Shown: positions 26,876 through 35,600 of the stretch, piece after piece
Layout: each line of letters starts with the position of its first letter
Position numbering within the stretch: the first letter of the stretch is position 1
Origin: a virus
Lineage: Duplodnaviria > Caudoviricetes
IMG/VR virus record: IMGVR_UViG_3300042558_002627
Location: 1 to 56,722 of that record
Direction: 5' to 3' (one strand)
DNA: 56,722 nt
Translations under genes and position numbers: made by a program
The notes under the pieces: model-generated
Seen by the model: the letters and a program-made list of their open reading frames with translations, nothing else
Told to the model about the DNA's origin: nothing
Databases searched by the model: none

Positions 26876-29617
26876 ATGCCAATTAGTCCATATAGTACGC
26901 CCATTCAATATGAATACAAGCCTCTAAATTTATCAGCTTTTGCTGCACCCCTTAGTGCAATGCAAGAAAAATTTGATATTGCTACAGAGGCTATTGATGC
27001 TGCGGATTTCAATTTAGCAAATCTTCCTTATGGGACAGATCCTGAAAGAGCAAAAGAATTGATTAAGACTGTTAAATCTAAAAGAGACGAGCTTGCTAAA
27101 AATTTGGCTGAAACGAAAAATTATAAGCAAGCAGCCTCTAAACTTCGTGAACTAAATACTCTTTGGCAGAAAGATCCAGAACTAAATGCTCTTCAAGCTA
27201 ATGCTAAGTTATGGGCAGAACGCGATAAAGCAGAAAGAGAAAGAATTGACAAGCCAGGAGGAATTACTCGTGACCAATATTTACAATGGAAAGATAGAGA
27301 GATTCGTAAATACAAAGAAAATAAAGGAGCTGCTTTTACTGCTACTGCTGCTGATAAACAAGGAACATACAATCAAATTACTGGACAAACTGGACGACTT
27401 GCTGATTTATCTAAAGATTTAGAAGAACTATCTTGGAAAGTAGCTAGTGCTGTTCCTGAAAATAAAATGGATGCTTTCCGTTCAGCAGGTATCGATCCTA
27501 CTACTCTTGATGCTAAATTTGTTAAGACTGTAGTTGAGGAAAAAGATGCTAAAAAAATAGCACAATTAACTTCTGATTACCTTCGTACTTTACCTAGATT
27601 TAGAGATTGGGCAACTGAAGTAGCAGATTATAACCATGATCAACTACAACAAAATCCTGAAGCATACAAACAAGTTGCTTCAGAATTAAATGATAAGTAT
27701 TTATCTAGTCTTAACTATCAAATATCAGCAATTGAAAAAGCTGCTAAGAAAGATAAAAATCTTTTAAAAGGTGCTGAGTATACAGACTTAATGGAAGAAA
27801 AAGCTAAAGCTGAACAAGCTAAACTTACTGGAGAATACGATGCTACTGCTACTAAAAATTTATACACCCATCAACATTTAAATAATGTTTATGACATGGG
27901 AGCTTTGGGTAAAGTTCTTGCGTATAAAAATGTTACGCATGATTATACTTTCAGAGACATGCCAAATGAAGGAGACGGTTCTGGAAGTGGTAGTGGTAAC
28001 GCTGCTACAGGAGATGGATTCTTTATACCAAATTCTGAAGAAAAATGGTCAATACCAGATTTAGGTAAAACAAAAATAAGTGCAGGAAAACAGTTATATG
28101 AAACTGTAAAGAACATTAATAAACTTGCTGCAGGTAATGTAAGATTAGCTATTTTAGGAAAACCAGGGACAACAGAGTATAAAAAATTAGTAAATAATCC
28201 AGATCAAATTAGAGCTAGACAAGAACAACTCTTTACTACATTAACTCAAACAGTAGCTAATGGAGGTAATTGGAAAAACTTTAAAAATGCAATTAATAAT
28301 AAAGGAATTGTTTTATCAGATAATTTAGCTAGAAGCCTTTGGAAAGAAATGACTACTCCAGATGCAGAAGGTGGAAATCAAAGTTTAACAGAGTATGCTA
28401 ATTATTTAAAAAATTCTGAAGAAGTTGCTAGTGTTTATAATACGGCAAATTCTACCTTAACTCAGATAAAATCTAAAGTAAAAGAAACAGAAGAATTTAA
28501 ATTATTCACAGCAGGATTAGAAGAATATACTCCAGCAGAAGCTATAATTTATGGAACAGGTATTGACGAAATGGGTAACGAAGATTACGGAGATCCTAAA
28601 TTGCAAAGATTATATAATCCAAAAAGTTATACAAAAGAGCAATTAGCAAAAGCAGGTTATACTGGTGGAAAAGTTTTAAGTCTAGGACAAATTGCAAAAT
28701 TACGAGGATATAAAAATGTTCAAGATGCTGTAAATAAAGGATATAATTTTGGAGAAGTATTAGTTAATGGAGTAGATTTAGAAACAGGCCAAGGAATATC
28801 AGCTGGATTAGGCGGACAAGCTGGTACTATTTCAGATATTCTAAACAGAAAAGTAAATCAAATTTATAATAATGATCTAACTAAAAATGAACAATCTTAT
28901 AGATTTGTTAATGATAAAAACTTAGATAAAGAAATGGCACAATATTTTTTAGGCGCTTCTGATTTAAGTTCTTTCTTACCTGCTTATAGTTCTAATTGGA
29001 AAAATGTTAATGGCTTCGATGAAGATGGAAAATTAGCTGCTGGTACAGTTTTAAACATCAGTGAGAATAGAAGTCCTAAAATAGTAATGCATGGTAATAG
29101 TATGTTCTTCGAAGTGCCTATTAAGTACGATAAAGATGGTAATGGAAGCGCGGATACTGAAGGAACTGTTACTATAAAACCTAAAGCTGGGACTAATATT
29201 AAAATAGGAGATTTGTTGTATAAATTAGATGCTGCTTCTAGTGGAGGTACTCAACTAAATAAGCAAACTAATGATATGATTAAAGCAGCAAGATTTGATA
29301 ATGCTTTTGCTGGAAATAATTTATCTCCTCAACTTATACAATCTGTTGGAGTAACTCCATTAGATCAGGGAGGAAAAAGAATAGAACTATATTCAATTCC
29401 TTTTGATGCTAATTCTAGATTATCAGTAGTAAAAGTTCAAGGTAAAGTAGACAATAATCCAGTATTGAAAATTGCAATATCAGATAATAGTGGTAAATTT
29501 ATTCGTTATGCTCCTAACGAAGAAACTGGAAAAGACTGGTATTATAATGCAGATTCTAACGAGGCCGCTTCTGCTGCTAAAGTATATTTAATGGGAGCAT
29601 TAAACCCAGGAAGATAA
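26876..29617 (+). CDS. Virion cargo/ejection protein 2
   Basis: 913 aa; N-terminal YKPLNL; helical; lies between cargo 1 and the virion RNAP genes. Confidence 0.55.
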   Translation: MPISPYSTPIQYEYKPLNLSAFAAPLSAMQEKFDIATEAIDAADFNLANLPYGTDPERAKELIKTVKSKRDELAKNLAETKNYKQAASKLRELNTLWQKDPELNALQANAKLWAERDKAERERIDKPGGITRDQYLQWKDREIRKYKENKGAAFTATAADKQGTYNQITGQTGRLADLSKDLEELSWKVASAVPENKMDAFRSAGIDPTTLDAKFVKTVVEEKDAKKIAQLTSDYLRTLPRFRDWATEVADYNHDQLQQNPEAYKQVASELNDKYLSSLNYQISAIEKAAKKDKNLLKGAEYTDLMEEKAKAEQAKLTGEYDATATKNLYTHQHLNNVYDMGALGKVLAYKNVTHDYTFRDMPNEGDGSGSGSGNAATGDGFFIPNSEEKWSIPDLGKTKISAGKQLYETVKNINKLAAGNVRLAILGKPGTTEYKKLVNNPDQIRARQEQLFTTLTQTVANGGNWKNFKNAINNKGIVLSDNLARSLWKEMTTPDAEGGNQSLTEYANYLKNSEEVASVYNTANSTLTQIKSKVKETEEFKLFTAGLEEYTPAEAIIYGTGIDEMGNEDYGDPKLQRLYNPKSYTKEQLAKAGYTGGKVLSLGQIAKLRGYKNVQDAVNKGYNFGEVLVNGVDLETGQGISAGLGGQAGTISDILNRKVNQIYNNDLTKNEQSYRFVNDKNLDKEMAQYFLGASDLSSFLPAYSSNWKNVNGFDEDGKLAAGTVLNISENRSPKIVMHGNSMFFEVPIKYDKDGNGSADTEGTVTIKPKAGTNIKIGDLLYKLDAASSGGTQLNKQTNDMIKAARFDNAFAGNNLSPQLIQSVGVTPLDQGGKRIELYSIPFDANSRLSVVKVQGKVDNNPVLKIAISDNSGKFIRYAPNEETGKDWYYNADSNEAASAAKVYLMGALNPGR

Positions 29618-29644
29618 AATTTTCTAAGGTTTAATTAGATTATG

Positions 29645-29652
29645 TATCTTTG
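29645..29652 (+). promoter_or_regulatory. Bacteroidota sigmaA-type -7 promoter element
   Basis: TATCTTTG in the intergenic gap, 18 nt before ATG 29671. Confidence 0.55.
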
Positions 29653-29670
29653 TTATTATAAATAATCATC

Positions 29671-32600
29671 ATGGCAAAAAAACAAGTTCCTGTAGTAGTA
29701 CCTACTAGTCCACGACACGACATGATCCAAAAAATTGTGGATCAAAAAGTGGATAAGACTTTAGGGTTTAATCAAGAAGTAGTTGATAAATTAGGTGTAG
29801 GAGAATCAGGGGAATACTCAGGACTTCAAAAAATCTATAAACAAAAGAATGCTGATATTTTTGATCCTTATGAGGATTATGTAGATAGAGGGACTTTACA
29901 TGGAGGACAATTTTCCATGGAAGAGTTGGGAAAAATTCGTGCAGAAAATCAATCTAATTGGGAACAAGCAAGACATGCTGTAGGCAGAGTAGCGGTTAAT
30001 ATAGTTCCTCAAATTATTGGAGGACTTTCCTCAATGGTTGATGTACCTGGTTATTTTAGCGCAGAAGAAGCTGCTAATAATCAATTAGTTAATTGGGCAC
30101 AAGATCTTAAAAAAGAAGTAGACAACGATTGGTTTCCTATTTATGAAGAAAACCCTGGACAATCTATGAATTTATCAGATCCTGCTTGGTGGATGTCTCG
30201 TGGTTCTGGATTAGTAGAATCCATAGGATCATTTGCTGTAACAGGTATGGTTGGAGGTAAAATTGCGTCTACTGTACTAGGAGGAGTAGGAAAACTTACT
30301 AGAGGTAAAGATTTAGCTCGTGCTGTTCTTGGAGCAAATAAGTCACAAAGATTATTAGGAGGAGCAGAAGCACTTACTAATGCTACCATGATGAATCAAG
30401 CTGAAGCAACTATTTCAGCAACTCAAGTATTTAATGATACTTATAAAGCACGTTTAGCTCAAGGATGGGATGCTCCTAAAGCTAAGCAAGCAGCGGCTGA
30501 AGCTGCTGCTACAACAATGAATATCAATAAAATTAATATTCTTTTAAATCTTTCATCTGCTGCTGCATTCCTTAAACCTATACAAGGAGGAAGTAGAAAT
30601 TTAGTAAAGCTTACTTCAGGTTTAGGAAAAATTACTGAACTAGCAAAAGAAGGAGGACAAGAAAGTCTTGAAGAACTTATCAATTTAGTTGCAGAAAAAG
30701 CTGGTACAGCTAAAGGTAGAGGAGAAAAGTATACAATGAAAAATGCCCTAGAAGATATGGGCAGCATGGAAGGTTTTGAAGCAGCTTTTCTTGGAGCTCT
30801 TGGGGGTATAGGTCAAAAAGGAATTATTAATGCTACTGAGTATTCTAAATACGGTGCAGGAAATACTAAAGATGCAGAAGGAAATCGTATTAGTAAAGTA
30901 GAGTACGAAAGAGGACAATATGCTAAACAACAAGAAGTAATTAATGAACTTAAAGAAAAAGGAGTTAATGTTACTGATGTAATGAAAAATTTCAAGGACA
31001 ATTTATTGTTCCAAGAAAAATTAACGGAAGCTGAAGAAAAAGGAGACCAAGCTGAAGTAGATAAATTAAAAGAAGAGTTGTTTGAAAATCAAGCAATTAA
31101 AGCTTTTCAATCTGGTACTACCGAAGTATTAGAAAATTTATACAGAGCAGAAGCTGAAAGAAATCCAGAAGAAGTGGGGCAGGATCATATTGATCGAGCT
31201 AACGACGCTTTAGTTCAGCTTAAACAATTAGAATCTATTTACAATAACTTTGAAGGATATGAAAATGTAGATGAAATATTCTTCAACCGTGCTAATAAAA
31301 GTAGAGCAGATCGTAATCTTAAATATGTTGAGGGATTAAAAAAAGAAAGTGATTTTCAATTAAGTAAAGACCTTCATTCAATTGCTAAAAAATATTCATA
31401 CGAAAGAGAACGTCCTATTCTTATTAAAGAAAATGGAGAAGTAGTAAGAACGGAAATAGCGACTGATACAATTCCTCTTTCATATTCTATGTCTAATCTT
31501 GATGAAAATCAAGGACATACAGAAGCTGAGCAAAAAATTTATGATAAGTTTTTAGCAGAAGTTAAAGCATTACCATCTTATAAAAACTCTACAAGTTACG
31601 GAGAAACAGTAGACAAGATGCAGAACTTAGTTACTACTGCTGATCAAGAGTTTGCTGAAATTACTAGTAAAAAATATCAAATTACATTTGCTGAGAAAAA
31701 AGCAAAAGAAGCAGAGAAAAAAGCTGCTTTTGAAGCAATTAGCAGAAGTACTTCAATGGCTGAAGTAGAAAAACTTCGTGATGCTTTTGACGATCCTATG
31801 TTAAAGAAAGCTGCAGAGAATAAATTAGCAGATTTAAAAAAAGCTAATGACATTGCAGCTAAGCAAAAGCAAACAACTTTTGTAGTACAAACATTTAATG
31901 ACAAGATTAAGAATGCAACCAAAGATCAATTAGAACAGTTGCGTACAGAAATTGAAGAGGCAGAGTTATCTCAGAATCATAAGACAGATTTAAATCTAGC
32001 TTTAGATAAAAAGATACGTGCACTAAATGGTGAAGAAACAGAAGAAGATCTAGCAGAGGATGCAGAAGAAGATAATCCTTTAGCAGATGTAGATTCTCGA
32101 ACTCCAGAAGAAATTGCGGCTGAGGTGGAAAAAGAAAACGCTAGTTTTGACACTACTCTTCCTAAAGATTTACCAAATCCAAATACAGAAAAACAAGATG
32201 TAGAAGGAGAAGTAGGAGAAGCTGCTGTTAATTTAGCTCAAGAAGATAAAACATTAGTTATCGGCGAAGATGCAGAAGGTAACTTAATTTATAGCTATGA
32301 TAGAAGTTCAGAAGGATATAATCGTGCTGCGTATTTATCTAAAGAGTTCAATCAAAAAGAAGTTCTTGGAATTGTTTATCGTAGTGACATAGACAATACT
32401 GTAGATAATTTAGAATTATTAGATCCAGATTACTTAAATGCGGGAGCAGAACTAAACCTACAGGTTGATTCTGAGTACGCAGGAGAAAAATATGATCCTA
32501 CTTCTAATACCCGAGAAAAAATTTCTTGGTCAATGCGAGAAATAGAATTACAAAAACAAGCTGATGCTCAAGGAATTCTATTAACAAGTTTACCTGAATA

Positions 32601-35600
32601 CATCGCTGAGGTTCCTATTAAAGTAACTGATAAAGACGGTAATACAGTATTCTATGTACACGACAATGCATGGTATAGAGCAGAAAACTTAAATGCTACT
32701 GCTGAAGAAATTGTTGAAGATAAAGCTCGTAACTTTAAAATCCGCGAGACTATTGTCAAAAAAAATGAACCAGTTAAATCTAAAGTACAATACAAAAGCT
32801 TTGGTAAATTATTTAAAACTTTTGACGGAGAATCTCTTCCTGTTTCTATAACAATGCCTGATTCTAAGTTAATTTTAGCAGTCGGACGTGACGGTGCATT
32901 TGAATTACCTGGTAATGCTAACAAACTATTAAATGGCGGAACTATTTTAAATAGCCCAGTATCTGAAGGTAGATTATATGCTATCGTCAAAGTAGGCCCT
33001 AAAGATTACATGCCAATTCCTTTAGAAAGAAAACCTATTTCTAAAGAAGTTATTAATACAGTAATGTTTGCAATAGAAGCGCATTTGACTGGTGATCAAG
33101 AAAATCCTATAGTAAAAGCTATTAGAGAATCTTCATTAAGTTTAGACATTACTACTACTTCAGGTTTAGCAGAATATTTAAATCAATTTATTTACCTATT
33201 TCCTACTCAAGGACCTGCAGGTTTAGAAAATTATTTACTTCGTGGGGGAGGCCAAAATACATTAAAATCTAATATGCCTTTGATCAGTGTTACTGCAACA
33301 GGAATCGAATTCGGTCGTCCTGGTGTTAACATGGGATCTTATGTAGATAAGAACGGTAATAAAGTTACTAAGTGTGCTATTACAGTTTCTGCTAACTTTA
33401 AATCTAAAGGTGGGCAAGCTACTAATCAAGCAGGTTTAGATAAACTACGTGCACTATTAGAAGATCCTAGATATACTCCTCTTGCAAATGCAAGTAGAAA
33501 AGATCTAGCTAAAAACGCAGATTCAATAATTATTTTAGATGCAGAAGGAAATACTAATACAGTAAAATATCCAGACTTAGTAAAAAATTCTCATCAAACA
33601 AATATCTTATCGATAAATATTGGTACTGAGGAAGAACCTAAGTGGGCTTATACTATCCAGCCTACTATTCTTTTTGATACTGCATTTGCTGGTATAAAAC
33701 CTACTAAGAAAAAAGCAGCTGCTACTCCAAAGATTAATAAAGTTACTCCTGCACAAAAATCTTCTTTAAGATATAAAGGAGTAAACCCTACTGTAGATGT
33801 AATTGTTACTAAGATAATTAACGGTGAGCCTCATGTTTTAATTATCAAAAGAGGAGCCAATGCAAAATCTGAACCTAATAAATTAGCATTTCCTGGAGGA
33901 TTCCACGACACTACTGCAAAAGCAGGTAATAAATGGAAACCTGGTAAAGAGACTGCAGAAGAAGCAGCAATGCGAGAAGTTAAAGAAGAAACTGGTTTAG
34001 ATCTAGAAGGACTTCCTTTAGAACAAGTAGGAGTATTCGATGATAGAACTAGAGACCCTAGAAATTCTAACACTTCTTGGATATCTTCTACTGTATACAA
34101 AGTCACTATCCCTGAAGATTTTTCTGGATCTACTGAAGTATCTGGACAAGATGATGCTCAAGATGCTAGATGGATTCCTGTATCAGAATTAAGTGCTACA
34201 GATAAATCTGAATTTGGATTTGATCATGCTGATATTTTAGAAAGTGAAGGATTAATTTTTACAACTACTGACCTTGAAGCAGAAAAAAAATCTAAAGTAT
34301 CTACCCTAAGAGCAGAAGAGCAAGCAGAATTAACTAAGGCTATCCCTAACATAGATGAGTATAAGGTTGATGGTGAGATAGATAAGGAATCTATGCCAGC
34401 GGATGTTAGAGCTAAGTATAATAAAATTTATGACAAGTACGATAAATTAATAGCCCCATTACTTCCTAAAAAACCTACTGCTGAACAAGAAGTAGAAGAA
34501 CTTACAGGAGAAGCATTGATTGAGGCTTATGCCCAAGATATTGCAAAAGGAATTGAAGATAAAAGTCAAATTGAACAATACCTTGAAAATTTAAAAGAAG
34601 GATTAGTTCCTGAAGCAGATGCTGTAGATATGGGATTTAATTCTTTACCAGAAGCAATTGCCTCTTTTGAGAAAGCATTAGAAATTTTTAATAAGAATGA
34701 AGCTGACTCTAAAACTATTACTTTACCAAGTGGATTAAAAGTTACAGTAAATAAAAATACTAAAGACTCTAATCCAATAGGAGAAGATAGTGTTGATGAG
34801 TTAATGACTGCGCTAGATGAAGATCAATTAAAAGAGCAACGTGATGAAATAGATCAAATGCTTATTAGAGGATTAGATACACAAACTCAATCATCTTTAA
34901 TTGCTTATTTGTCTTCAGATATTATTCAAGCAACTCTTAGTGCTAAAGAAGTAGGCGGACTTAAAAGTGTAAAAGTTAAACCTATATTAGACAAGCATTT
35001 AGAATCATTAAAAGAATTATCTAAGTTTTATAAAGAACAAGGATTAGATAATAAAGCAGCACGTCTAGATGCAGTCATTGATCAATTCGATAAAGTTAGA
35101 AGATTAGTAAATCAAAACATGAGTCTTTTATCTACAGGAACTGTAAAAGAGGATATCGAATTAGATGCTAATGAAGATGCGGGAGGATTAGTACGCAACA
35201 ACTATACAGATGATTGGGCATTTACAGTGAATCCTAAATCTACTACTTCAGAAGATTTGAAAAAATTCTTCAGTATGATTCAAGCGCAAGATGAAAATGG
35301 GCCTATAGTTAACTTACTAGGACTCCCAGAAATTCTTCCGTATGATACTGTATATAATACTTTAAAAGGACTTTTATCAAACAAGCCTGCAGACTACGAC
35401 TTAATGATTAAGATTCTAGAATTAAATACAGAGAAATTCCCTTGGATTAACTCTGTAATAGATCTTTTAGAAAAAAGTAATACTCCTGATAAAATTAAAA
35501 ATGAGTTTGTTTCAGGAATGGTGGGCCATAATATTCACATGCAGTTTGTTATGTGGAGTAAAGATCGTAATGGAAACTACTCTTTACAAAAATGGTCTAG

